Origin: Azolla caroliniana
Lineage: Eukaryota > Plantae > Polypodiophyta
Assembly: GCA_043228905.1 (NCBI GenBank)
Contig: JBHGNT010000010.1
Span: 6,758,001-6,822,000, forward strand
Reading direction: 5' to 3'
DNA: 64,000 nt
A model generated the notes under the pieces. That model did not search any database. It had not been told where the DNA came from and saw only the letters and a list, made by a program, of their open reading frames with translations. Shown here one piece after another: positions 13,356 to 25,377 of the stretch. Both the position numbers and the translations under genes were made by a program. The number at the start of each line of letters is the position of its first letter. Positions within the stretch are counted from its first letter, which is position 1.

Positions 13356-15279
13356 ATGGCTGCCAGAGATACAGCCCTCCTGTGGAACGAGTTCTTCAGA
13401 GATCCTTCCCTCTTTTGGGACAATCGGCATGACAAGGTAATCACCATGGCTGCTTCACCCTTGATGTTTTTCCATAACTTTTCTTCTCCTTTTCTTTTTT
13501 TTCTGTTTCTCTCTCAGAAGCCCTAAACGACGACGGCTCAATTGTGTTTGAAACCCATCACAGAGGAGCTCAAAGTCACCAGATTTCAGGCATAAAAAGA
13601 CAAGGAAAGTGTTATGGGTAGATAATTGGTTCAACCCGCCTTTTGTTAAGGTTAAGCTAAAAGAGCTGAACTTGCCCACAATTCCGTTTTATGATAGAAT
13701 TGATCTTTTGAACCTTATAAAGGTATATGAGAAGGAGAAAAACTTGTTTAAGATCAGATGCATACATGATGATGTGATAGAGAGAGACTTGATAAGTAAA
13801 GATGTGTATGTTGCCACTGCCCTTCTAGGTGCTTATGCCAAATGTGGTAATATTGAGACAGCAAAAAATATATTCAACCAAATTCCGGTACGGAATGTTG
13901 TGGCTTGGACAGCCCTTATTTCTGGATATGTCGAACATGGACTCGGCCATGATGCCTTAAAATGCTTCAGAAAAATGCAAAATGAAGGGATCCACCCAAA
14001 TATTGTGACTTATGTTTGTGCTTTGAAAGCATGTGGCATCGTCAGATGTCTCGAGGTTGGAGAAGTTATCGAAGCTGAGGTTAGAAAGCAAGAAATATTG
14101 CAAAAGGATGTCATGCTTGGGACGGCATTGGTTGACATGTTTTCAAAATGTGGTTCAATGAAAAAAGCACAAGAAGTATTCGATGAGTTACCGATTCGGA
14201 ATATAGTGTCTTGGACAGCCCTCATTGCTGGATATGCCGAGCAAGGTCTTATCAATGAAACCTTGAAATGCTTCAATCAAATGCAAAATGAAGGAATTTC
14301 TCCAAATGTTGTGACTTACACTTGTCTTTTGAAAGCTTATGGCACAGCCGGATCGAGAGAGATTGTTCAAGACATTGAAGCCAAGGTCAGAAAGCAAGGA
14401 TTATTACAAAAAGACCTAGTGCTTGGAAATGCTTTGATAATCATGTATGCTAAATGTGGTGCATTGGATGAAGCGCAAAATGTATTTGAGCAACTGCCAA
14501 TGCAAGATGTTGTGTCATGGACATCCTTGATTTATGGATATGCTGAACATGGTTTCAGTGAGGAAGCACTAGAGTACTTCAGATGGATGCAGGACAAGGG
14601 AATTCGTCCTAGTATAGTAACTTATATTTGCATTTTGAAAGCTTGTGGAAACTTAGGGTCTCTCGAGATTGGAGAAGGCATCAATATTGAAGTTAGAAAG
14701 CAAGGACTATTGGAGAAAGACATAATGCTTAGCACGACGTTGATCGGAATGTATGCCAAGTGTGGTGCATTGAAGAAAGCACAAGAAGTATTTGAAGAGC
14801 TTCCGGTGCATAATGTCGTGTCGTGGACTTCCTTGATGGCTGGATATGCCCAGCTGGGTCAAACTAACGATGTTTTTGAGCTCTATAGACAAATGAGGAA
14901 CGAAAACATAGTCCCAAATTCAGTTACCTTTACTGTCTTGCTTTCTGCGTTTAGTCATGGAGGTCTGCTGGAAGAGGGTAAAATGTTGCTTGATGAAATG
15001 TGCTTCATTTACTATCTCACTCCAGAGTTAGAACACTATGCATGTATGATGGATTTATTCGGGCGAGCCGGATGTTTTAATGAGGCTGAAATGTTGCTCG
15101 AAAAGGTGTCATCTGAAGATCGTCTCCCGCTCTTCCTCGCTATATTGGGTGCTTGTCGTAAGTGGAACAATGTGAAGCTTGGTAGGTGGGCATTTGAGCA
15201 ATCAGTACTGTTGGATGAGAACTGTGGTGATGCGTATGTTTGCATGGAAAATATATATGCAAGTCAGAGTCAAGATTGA
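13356..15279 (+). CDS. PLS-class PPR protein with N-terminal OSB-type PDF motif; join(13356..13436,13564..15279), 598 aa
   Basis: Exon 1 encodes MAARDTALLWNEFFRDPSLFWDNRHDK, followed by a GT donor at 13437 and CAG acceptor at 13561-13563. Exon 2 continues RSSKSPDFRHKKTRKVLWVDNWFNPPFVKVKL in frame with the 13609 ORF. Then about 4 P-L-S triplets (ALVDMFSKCG..A..VFDELP.RNIVSWTALIAGY), E1 (LAILGACRKW) and a truncated E2. Confidence 0.85.
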
Positions 15280-15324
15280 CATAAAATTTTGAAATAATAC
15301 TGGTTTGATAGGCAAAAGAACATT

Positions 15325-15490
15325 GTTGGTTGGTCCAATATCAATGGGCATATATCCATGGGTTTGTTATGGCCAATAAGAGTGATCCAAGATTAATTAT
15401 GTGCTTTTCAACAAAAACAACTGAAGATTATGCTATTGGGCCTTGAATTACGATGGCTATGTGCACCAGACGTGGCTCTCCATGGGTCTT
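15325..15490 (+). pseudogene. Possible eroded E+/PG-box relic downstream of the PPR stop
   Basis: Frameshifted reading W-S-N-I-N-G-H..H-G-F-V-M-A-N-K-S-D-P followed by GYV/PDVAL, resembling the SWIE..VH.F...D.SHP...GY.PD consensus. Confidence 0.35.
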
Positions 15491-16332
15491 CCTTAATGGA
15501 ATTGGATTCTTCAATGCATGGAGATATACACTATGAAAGCTAGAAAGTTGCTGTAAATTATTATGAAGAGAGCTATCACTTATCAGCTAACTGTTGGGGT
15601 ATACCTTCTCATGCGATAAGTTTCAAGAGGACCAACTGCACTTAGTTATATCTCTACAGCTGTAAACTCAACTTCAAATATGTTGAGACCTTGAGTGGTG
15701 GATCCTCCCCACTTGTGAATAACTTCCAATGTCTGCACACAAGCATGTAACACAATCATCACTGCCTTTAGTGAACCTGACATGAAGATCACCGGGTGGA
15801 CCTGGAGTTGTGAAGAGTGAACAAGTTAGAGATCATGTAAATGGCATCGGACTTGGAGGAGATGATAGAGGTGTAAGACGGACTAAAGCGATTAATACAT
15901 CTGTTTGTTACGCAAACAGATTCAGATTCTGCATCGTGGCTACTATGAGTATATGCTACAAGAAACTTCAAGATATTATAGCTATTTGCTGATTGGATGA
16001 GTTATCTAGGCAAGAAATGTTTGTGAAAGATAACAGTTTAATGTGTATGGCAACAATGAGAAGTTGGGTCTATTAATCAATGCACCCTTAGTCACGAATG
16101 TCGTGCAAAACTAACAATAGCATGCCATCCATATTTGAAGATTCAATGGCTGAAAAAATCACACATCATAGACTCTAATAACCTTAATTCATCTTTCATC
16201 CTTATGAAGATGATTTGACTCCATTTCTACCCTTAATAATGAGATAAGGAACCTTTACATAGCACTCCATGGACTCAAAATGAATTCCAGACTTAAGAAT
16301 ATATGATACTCATTGCTGCTGTGTAGCAATCA

Positions 16333-17515
16333 TCATCAGGTTCTAACTTGTCATTGGCTTTGCTGTTGGAACATCAACAAAGTGAGGGTGATTGAATTGC
16401 TAGGAATATTACTGAAGTTCATAGCAAAGCCCGACTTACATGTGTCACTCTCATCAGGTTCTAACTTGTCATTGGCTTTGCTGTTGGAACATCAACAAAG
16501 TGAGGGTGATTGAATTGCTAGGAATATTACTGAAGTTCATAGCAAAGCCCGACTTACATGTGTCACTCTCATCAGGTTCTAACTTGTCATTGGCTTTGCT
16601 GTTGGAACATCAACAAAGTGAAGGTTATCGAATTGCTAGGAATATTACTGAAGTTCATAGCAAAGCCCGACTTACATGTGTCACTCTCATCAGGTTCTAA
16701 CTTGTCATTGGCTTTGCTGTTGGAACATCAACAAAGTGAGGGTGATTGAATTGCTAGGAATATTACTGAAGTTCATAGCAAAGCCCGACTTACATGTGTC
16801 ACTCTCATCAGGTTCTAACTTGTCATTGGCTTTGCTGTTGGAACATCAACAAAGTGAAGGTTATCGAATTGCTAGGAATATTACTGAAGTTCATAGCAAA
16901 GCCCGACTTACATGTGTCACTCTCATCAGGTTCTAACTTGTCATTGGCTTTGCTGTTGGAACATCAACAAAGTGAAGGTTATCGAATTGCTAGGAATATT
17001 ACTGAAGTTCATAGCAAAGCCCGACTTACATGTGTCACTCTCATCAGGTTCTAACTTGTCATTGGCTTTGCTGTTGGAACATCAACAAAGTGAAGGTTAT
17101 CGAATTGCTAGGAATATTACTGAAGTTCATAGCAAAGCCCGACTTACATGTGTCACTCTCATCAGGTTCTAACTTGTCATTGGCTTTGCTGTTGGAACAT
17201 CAACAAAGTGAGGGTGATTGAATTGCTAGGAATATTACTGAAGTTCATAGCAAAGCCCGACTTACATGTGTCACTCTCATCAGGTTCTAACTTGTCATTG
17301 GCTTTGCTGTTGGAACATCAACAAAGTGAGGGTGATTGAATTGCTAGGAATATTACTGAAGTTCATAGCAAAGCCCGACTTACATGTGTCACTCTCATCA
17401 GGTTCTAACTTGTCATTGGCTTTGCTGTTGGAACATCAACAAAGTGAAGGTTATCGAATTGCTAGGAATATTACTGAAGTTCATAGCAAAGCCCGACTTA
17501 CATGTGTCACTCTCA
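16333..17515. repeat. 118-bp tandem satellite, 10 copies, two variant types
   Basis: Unit starts TCATCAGGTTCTAAC at 16333+118n. Variant A is GTGAGGGTGATTGAA and variant B is GTGAAGGTTATCGAA. Order AABABBBAAB. Confidence 0.95.
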
Positions 17516-18578
17516 ATTACTCTTTCCAATGCATATACCTCTGCTACATTATATTGAATGATCACCTTGGCCTATGCATATATAGAATAAATTGCTTGAC
17601 ATTTTAAAAGCGGCACATACAAGTTACAACAAAGGTATGTGCATTTCACAGTTTCCCAACATTTTTCTTCCCAAAATTCTGGTTTAATACACCCTCCGTG
17701 GACTTCTTATTCCAAAAGAATTTTTGTTGCGACTCACGAGTCATGATCACCCCATAAGCACTTGTAATAAGCCTCAAGAGATTATCATCTTTGATTGTCC
17801 TCTCCCATCATTGTAACTAGTGCCAAACTTGAATGTTTGTGACAATTTTCTGACACAACTGATGGTGGATCTATGCATATATAAGCAAGTATAAAGATAC
17901 ATAACATAACCCTAAACTTCTAAATGCATCAAAATAACAGCACACAGTAGTATAAAAAAGCTTTTCCCCCTAAAATAAGACTATACCCTTTGTATAACAT
18001 CTTCACTATTCGTCCTCAACAAAATAATTGTGCTCATTCAAAACCACATCCTGATAAATGTAAACCTAGGCTTAGGAACCATATTAATAATTATAAGATG
18101 AATTTCTCATCACACCGTAGTTTTACATACTCCCAACAAAATAAGCAGCAATCGTTAAATATTGCAAACATGATAGATGCAACTTTTTGAGTGTACATAA
18201 AAATGATGCAATATGATTTAAAGAATAAGTGTAGCAATTTGATAATATAGTGCATGACTTCTAAACAAATTTTGCCTCGATTTTTTCTTTTGCCATTACA
18301 CCATATATGATATCTACCACTCTCAATTCTGAATGAATTTATCTTGAAAATACAGTTCGGAGCACAATCACAGCCAGAAATTTGAAGTTCCCAAAAGAAG
18401 AAAGAACATGATGACATTGAATCAATACAGACATTTAAGGCTTTTTCATTTTTCCCGATAAAATTCTCGATCACAAGCTCTCAGAAAATATTTGCAACTA
18501 AAACTAGGGAGGAGAAATATTCTGATATATAAAGATAGGAGATTTGGATCTAGTTTTCTTTGAACTTCTTCATGTTCT

Positions 18579-21500
18579 CTATATATGAAGCCACTTGAGG
18601 TTAGCAATATTGAGTTCCTGGAACTCGAGATTTGTTTGAGTTCCTTCCAAGCTAAAAATCTCCCGTTCCTTCTGTGTGAGCCCTTCACAAAAAGCCCTCG
18701 CCGCTTCATCAGCATCTCGGTATACTTGCTGTATATTAAAAACGAAATATTATGTATAAATGTAGTTGGATAAAAACAGAAAATACGAAAACCAAAAAAT
18801 AGCCCATTAATTTTTGGAGCATTTTTACGATAGTAATACTGCCCTCGCTAAGTTTACAAAATTGGCCAGAATGCCAGTATACAGTAGTAGGTTTTGCACT
18901 ACATAGACGTGCAAAGGGCAAAAAGAAAACCAGAAAACAGCCCCCTACCCTCCCCTCCTAAGTCTACAAAATTGGCAAGAAACTATCATAATAGGTTTTG
19001 TACTCTAATTAATTTTAAAAAGTTTGGGATATTCTGTAATTTATGAACATGTAATAGCAATCTCATCATAAAGTTGGAGTACCACAATACCTCAATGCTT
19101 TCAAAAGTTTACCAGAATACTGTTATTTTGTATTAAGTTTTGAACAACATATGGTACGCTGATAGTTTTTAGAAATTCAGGGTATTCCACTGAATTTCTA
19201 AACATTAGCGGTAATCGAGTGTTTTGCCCAAAAAGAAAGGTTTAACACAGTCATGTATAGTACCTCTTTATCACGAAGCATAAGACCCCTTTCTTGTTCT
19301 ATATCCGCGGTGCTACAAGTTCAAACGTAGAAAATGTTAAGAATAATGGAGTTTACAATGTTTCTAAAATGTTGAAAATGATTCGTTTAACTCATTAATC
19401 ATTTTTTGAGATGCAAACACATTGTACTTCTAGGTAATTTACCTGAATGAAACTTGGCCAGGATTTCGGCCTTTGATCAACATGGCTCGAACTTGTTCAC
19501 CTTCTGCAAAAAAGGTCGATACCGAGCTCACATATTCTTTTGATATATTGGAGATGTGTAGAAATCCCCTGGTTGCATTAAAACAAGGTTTTTTCAGGTG
19601 TTATAATTCTTTATCCCAACTTCATAATAGTTTGTTGCCATCAATGTAAAAAGTAAAACCATATAATTGAAAATAGTTCTCGAACCTTATGCGTGTGTTT
19701 TCAATTTCCACTTGTAAGCCATATGGATATATTCTTGTGACAGTGAGATTATGCACTGATCCAAGCAAGAGGTTTTTGCTCATCTGATTTTGATAATTTG
19801 AAAAATGTTAGCATGTGGACACCAATAACAAAGAAGTAATGAAGATAATGCTTTTTCTTGGATCTTGAATGAATAACACTCAGTAACTCAACATATGCAT
19901 GTGTGTCCACACAAGCGCAGTCAGTTATTAATGATACATGAAAGTGTTCTCTACAACGTCTAATGCATTATAACAAACACTCCAGACAAATTGAGAATAT
20001 GAAGATTTCGAAATAAACTGAGCTAAATAGAATTTCGATCTTGATACTTTAGAACCAAATAGATTGAATAAAACAGCACTATACCCAGGGTTTAACTTCA
20101 CTTGTGATACAATTTGAAGCTTGTATATCTGCTTGAGTTACTGCAACGGGAAGCATCTTTCCAACCTACAATGAAATATAAATAGTTTACAGGCAAAACC
20201 AAATTGTATTTTCTGCTTATTACGAATTCAATCAATTGGCATTTAAAATTTTGGGTTCAACATACGTAATCCTTCAATGAAATCGAACTATCTGGTTTCT
20301 GAAGGAGCTCTGATTTCGGAAGAAAAGCTCTCACACCCTGAAAAAAAAAGACCCTAGTTAAGAAAAGACACACATGGATTGCTCTGATACATTAATTGAC
20401 AATACTTGAAAGTGAAACTTTATTACCTCCAGATATCCCAAGAGCCCCCCTTCATTTGATTGTACAATCTCAAGTTGGATTGTTTCACCCGATTGCATCA
20501 GCTGATGAATATAAATAAAAAATCCAGACTAATGAGATGCAGAAAATATCATAGCACCAACCAATATTGAATTAACGCGTAATGATTCCCAACCTTATAA
20601 AGAGCATTTATCACAACCAAAAATTTAAGATCCCTATTTTCATACATGTATCAACAAATACTGAAGGATGTAAAACAATTACAACATGAATTTAGCCTTT
20701 GAATAAAATGTTTAGAATCTTAAAAAATAGACACAATAATCTCCTCAGAATAAAACAAGATCACAAACCTGGGCGATACGATTCCAGGAGAGTCTCCGTG
20801 CCGGCAATCTACATGAAAGAATGGCTCGGCCATCGGTCAAAGCTCGGCCTTGTACTTCAGCAAGGACAACTGTACCTATTTCCACACCTTCAGTATAAGA
20901 ACCATCGTTTACAGATTTATCTTCCATTAATAGAACTCTTCCTTCAGGGGCAACAAACCCTTCATTTGGGTTCCTGTCGCTCGTGGGTAGTTTAAAGAAA
21001 GTATTTTCTATAATCTGTGGAAATGGTTGGAACTCTCTGAAAGGCATCACAGCCGGGAACTGTGCTCCGATTTCTAACTCCAATTCATCATCATTAGAAG
21101 AAATCACAGCCCCAAGAACAATATCCCTCTCTTCTGGTTCATAGAACTCAGACTTTACATCAGAATTTTCTGACGCATTAACATTAGAAATAGTTGGCTT
21201 TGAAGAGTCAACCGATGATGGGTATGGTCCCCCAGCATAAGGTCTCATTTGAGAAGGCGAAGGTTGGCCACCTGTGGGAAATGGATCCCTATAACCAGGA
21301 GTTGTTTCGAAAGGTTTTGATTGAGTAAACAATGGTGTTCTGTTCTCATTACTTGTTTCGGGAGTTTTTGATTGAGGAAACAATGGTTCTCTGTTCTCGC
21401 TATTCACTTCAAGCGGTTTTGATTGAGGAAACAAGGGCGTACTGTTACTATCTCTCGATGGCTGACCCTGGGATAATCCTTCTGTTGTTAGATCACTAGG

Positions 21501-23393
21501 CCGAGTTTGAGGAACAAGTGGTGTCGTATTCTGGACATCCGTTCGCACCTGGCCACCACCCATGGGCTGTGTTTGTCCTGAACCACTTTGAGAAAACAAT
21601 GGTGTATAGGGTTTTCTCTCTTCTCCAGGTGGTGGCTGAGGAGCTGATGGCGGGCCATTTTGAGGAAAAAGGGGCGTGTAAGGCTTCTTTTCTTCGAAAG
21701 GTGGTGGTGGAGGAGGAGTGCCATTTCTAGGAAAAGGGGGAGGAGGAGAAGAATAGGACCTCTGTTCCCCAATCGGAGGCGGAGGATTGGTCATAGAGCC
21801 TTGAGAAAACGATCCTCGTTGAGGAGGGGGGGCATTATTCTGACCCTGAGAGAACTGGGGATTGTATTGCTGCCCTGGAGGAGGTGGCATCGGTGTTGGT
21901 TGTTGTCGGGGCGGTGGAGAAGTGTTCTGAGGAAACAGGGGTGTGTATTGCTGTCCTTGAGAAGGCGGTGACAACGGTGGTGGTGGTGGTGCTTGTCGGG
22001 GAGGTGGGGGAGAATTACCTTGAGAAAACTGGGGTGTGTACTGCTGCCCTTGAGGAGAGGAAGGTGGTGGTGGTTGTCGGGGAGGTGGCGGAGAACTGTT
22101 TTGAGAGAACGGGGGAGTGTACTGCTGCCCTTGAGGTGGTGGTGGACGAGGCGGCGATTGTTGTTGGGGTGGTGGTGGCGGCGGAGTATTGCTCTGTGAA
22201 AAAGGGGGATTATATGGCTGCTGCCCTTGAGGAGGGGGTGGGGGAGGAGGAGGAGGTGCCCTGTTCTGGTATTGAGTTTGTGAAGGCAGAGGAGGTGCCC
22301 TGTTCTGGTATTGTGTCGGTGGTGGTGGTGGTGGTGCCCTGTTTTGATACTGAGGAGGAGGTGGTGGCGTGTCTTTCGAAAATTCAATTGTATAAGGCTT
22401 CCTGTCTTGCACGGGAGGAGGAGGAGGCGATGATGATGATGATGGCGGCGATGCCCTGTTCTGAGAGAACAGGGGAGTATATGGATAAGGTTTCTTCTCA
22501 TTCAGAGAAGGAATGGGCGGAGTACCCTCGGGTGGGCTCGTGGGGAAGCCACCTTCTGGCATGGGAACTTCCTCTTGTTTCAAATCAGCCCTCTTCTGGT
22601 TCAAAGAATCGAGGAACATAAGGAAACTGCTGGTGGGCTTCTCTTGCTTCGGGATATAATCCTCACCGATGATTTCCCCATAGTAATCTTCGAAGGGACC
22701 ACCGAAGGGGATACTGGGGGGGGAGGGGGGTTCAAAATCATCCATGGTTTCAGTGGCATAGATGACATAGTGGAAATCCTCGATCGGGATTTGAGGGATA
22801 GGTTTTCTCGGTTCAAAGAAGGAGAAAGGGGGTGGTTTGGGGGGTGTGTTGGAGGTCTCTTTCGAGGAGGGAGGTATTGTGGCGGCGCCTGACAGAGAAC
22901 TAGGAGGCGGGCGGGGTGTAGTAGCAGCCATATTAGGGGGAGGGGGAGAAGGAGGATAGGAACCAGGACTTACCTCTGTTGATGCTACCATAGCCGTATT
23001 CAGGCGGTTCAGCCGCCCCGCCTGTGGGTGTATCTGATGATCATGGCTCCTCTTCATAGAAGGAGGGCAGCCGTAAAAGGAAGAGCCGAGCGAGAATGCG
23101 CCGCAATTCGACCCGAGAAAGAATGGAGAGCTCGATGCACCACCACCACCACTACCACCGCAGAAACTGGGTTTCTTCAGAACATCCTCCGCTTCGCTCG
23201 AAACCAATGGTTTGGAAGAAGAAGAAGAAGAAGAAGAGAGATGTCTTGCACTCCTTCTCTTGTGGGCATAGCAGCATATCTTGTCTGATGCAGAAGAAGA
23301 AGAAGAAGAAGAAGAAGAAGGGGAAGGAGAAAGTCCATGTTGGTGTGGAGAGGAAGGATAGATGGAGAGGGGTCTGAGCATGAAGGACGCCAT
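18579..23393 (-). CDS. PDE338: Chloroplast S1-domain RNA-binding protein, RLSB/BSF/PDE338 family, with very long Pro/Gln-rich insert; about 1091 aa
   Basis: Exons 23393-20769, 20501-20427, 20337-20266, 20165-20085, 19783-19686, 19568-19443, 19312-19264 and 18728-18579, all GT-AG and frame-consistent (3276 nt). Ser-rich transit-peptide-like start. S1 segments FYEPEERDIVLGAVIS, GTVVLAEVQGR..GRAILS.R..RRLSWNRIAQ, NEGGLLGYLEGVRAFLPKSEL and IYPYGLQV...RGFLHISNIS. C-terminal ANLKW corresponds to the ANW.W motif of the family. Confidence 0.85.
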
Positions 23394-23421
23394 ATCCACA
23401 CCTCCACAAAACCCCGGAGGG

Positions 23422-23454
<33 letters not shown>

Positions 23455-24008
23455 AGAGGAAGAGGAAGAGGAGTGGATGAGGCCTCCTCTTACTTATGTT
23501 TGAGACTCTGAAGCAAAAAAAACACTTAAAAAGACTTCACTCTTTTCTTGTTAAACATATATATACATACAATACATACATACATATCTCTTTTTAACAT
23601 TTTTGTACATAAAAAACCTAAGATCACTCTTCCAACAACAACAAAAAGAACTCACAAGCCAAGCAAAAGAAAATATCTTCTCATTTCTCTCTTTTTTGTG
23701 TCCGTCCGTCCGTCCGTCCGTCCGTGCACTGCAGCCGCCCACCCGAAGCTGGCCGCATACTCCCCCCTTCCCCTGCATGTATTGCCCCCTCACTCATTGA
23801 TTGTAGAACAAAGTTATAGTTCTATTGCGAGCTGCCTACACGAGTATCAAGCAGAAAACTCGAGTCAGAATCATTACTCTTAAAGAAAAGCACCACAACG
23901 AGCCTCCATCACACCAAAGATCCAATTCGTTTTAACTTACAACGACCCAAACTGGCTTTAAAAGGCATGGAAGCTACTACTTCTCGAAGTCACCAAAACC
24001 GCGATAGA

Positions 24009-24794
24009 ATTCTCAAAACGAAATGTTTTGACATACCAAGTGTGGTGATCCCAAAGGATACCTAACCTCTCGTCAAAAGGATCTCTTCAAATGTGATCGA
24101 GAAGGAAGTGTTCGAGTGAAAATCATGTTTGAATAAAGAGACGTAAATAATCTACATATTGTTTCGAGCTTGATAATCAAACCATCATTTCTATGGTAGG
24201 AGCCCCATTCTCAAAAGGAAATGGTTGACGTACCAAGTGCGGCGATCCCAAAGGATACCTAACCTCTCGTCAAAAGGATCTCTTCAAATGTGATCGAGAA
24301 GGAAGTGTTCGAGTGAAAATCATGTTTGAATAAAGAGACGTAAATAATCTACATATTGTTTCGAGCTTGATAATCAAACCATCATTTCTATGGTAGGAGC
24401 CCCATTCTCAAAAGGAAATGGTTGACGTACCAAGTGCGGCGATCCCAAAGGATACCTAACCTCTCGTCAAAAGGATCTCTTCAAATGTGATCGAGAAGGA
24501 AGTGTTCGAGTGAAAATCATGTTTGAATAAAGAGACGTAAATAATCTACATATTGTTTCGAGCTTGATAATCAAACCATCATTTCTATGGTAGGAGCCCC
24601 ATTCTCAAAAGGAAATGGTTGACGTACCAAGTGCGGCGATCCCAAAGGATACCTAACCTCTCGTCAAAAGGATCTCTTCAAATGTGATCGAGAAGGAAGT
24701 GTTCGAGTGAAAATCATGTTAGCATAAAGAGAAGTAAATAATCTACATATAGTTTCGAGCTTGATAATTAAACCGTCATTTCTATGGTAGGAGC
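24009..24794. repeat. 197-198-bp tandem repeat, 4 copies
   Basis: Units start ATTCTCAAAA at 24009, 24207, 24404 and 24601. The segment is single-copy in repeat copy B. Confidence 0.92.
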
Positions 24795-24820
24795 TCAAAT
24801 AGAGTTCAAACCCATAACCT

Positions 24821-25154
24821 TATAATATACAAGTCAAGGCCTTACCATTATATAAAATATTATTTTCATTTATTATTTCACCTAGATTCGAGAACTTCTC
24901 AGAATAATCTAGAAAATTTAGGAATAATCTAGAATAGTCAGGAACATTCTAGAAAGCTCGGGAATACTCCTGAAGGCCCTATAAATAGAGGCATATTACA
25001 ATAAATTGTCCCCATATTCCTAGACGTTAGGTAAATCAAGTAGTTGCTATTGATCAAATCAAGTCTATTGGCAACATTCTCGACTAGTTCCTAAGTACGG
25101 TCACTTGGACTATATCCTAGTAAATCCACCAAATAATAGAGCTTGTTGCGAACA
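24821..25154 (+). mobile_element. Probable solo LTR
   Basis: Absent from repeat copy B. Ends ...GAACA, with flanks ACCTT/ATCTT (left boundary ambiguous by 1 bp). Contains a CTATAAATAG TATA box. Confidence 0.55.
24891..24990 (+). promoter_or_regulatory. Heat-shock-element-like nGAAn array directly upstream of a TATA box
   Basis: Nine GAA triplets at exactly 10-bp period (24892-24974) with TTC-like half-sites between them (perfect core GGAACATTCTAGAAAG), followed by CTATAAATAG. Confidence 0.5.
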
Positions 25155-25237
25155 ATCTTGGAATCAAGGATAGCAAAAACTTTGTACTCTAGTCCATATT
25201 CAAGTTTGATAAGCGGTGGAAGTGGTGTATTACCATT

Positions 25238-25341
25238 TGTCAAAGAAAACGTGCGGAAGCGTTAGACAGAACCGGCTCAGCCGGATAGCAACAGAGAATA
25301 AGAGGTTTAATGGAGAAGCTTAATACACAGAGAGTATACGC

Positions 25342-25377
<36 letters not shown>

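Noticed and set aside
16313-17607. Repeated short ORFs (MCHSHQVLTCHW...) and CRISPR-like periodicity
   Set aside because: These are by-products of the 118-bp satellite. There are no unique spacers, no cas genes, and the context is eukaryotic.
18916-19229. Possible MITE in the last intron of the S1 gene (GGGCAAAA...TTTTGCCC)
   Set aside because: The inverted match is only 8 bp and there is no convincing TSD.
21488-23409. Many overlapping His-, Arg- or Val-rich ORFs
   Set aside because: Alternative frames of the Pro-rich, CCN/CTT-repeat exon of the S1 gene.
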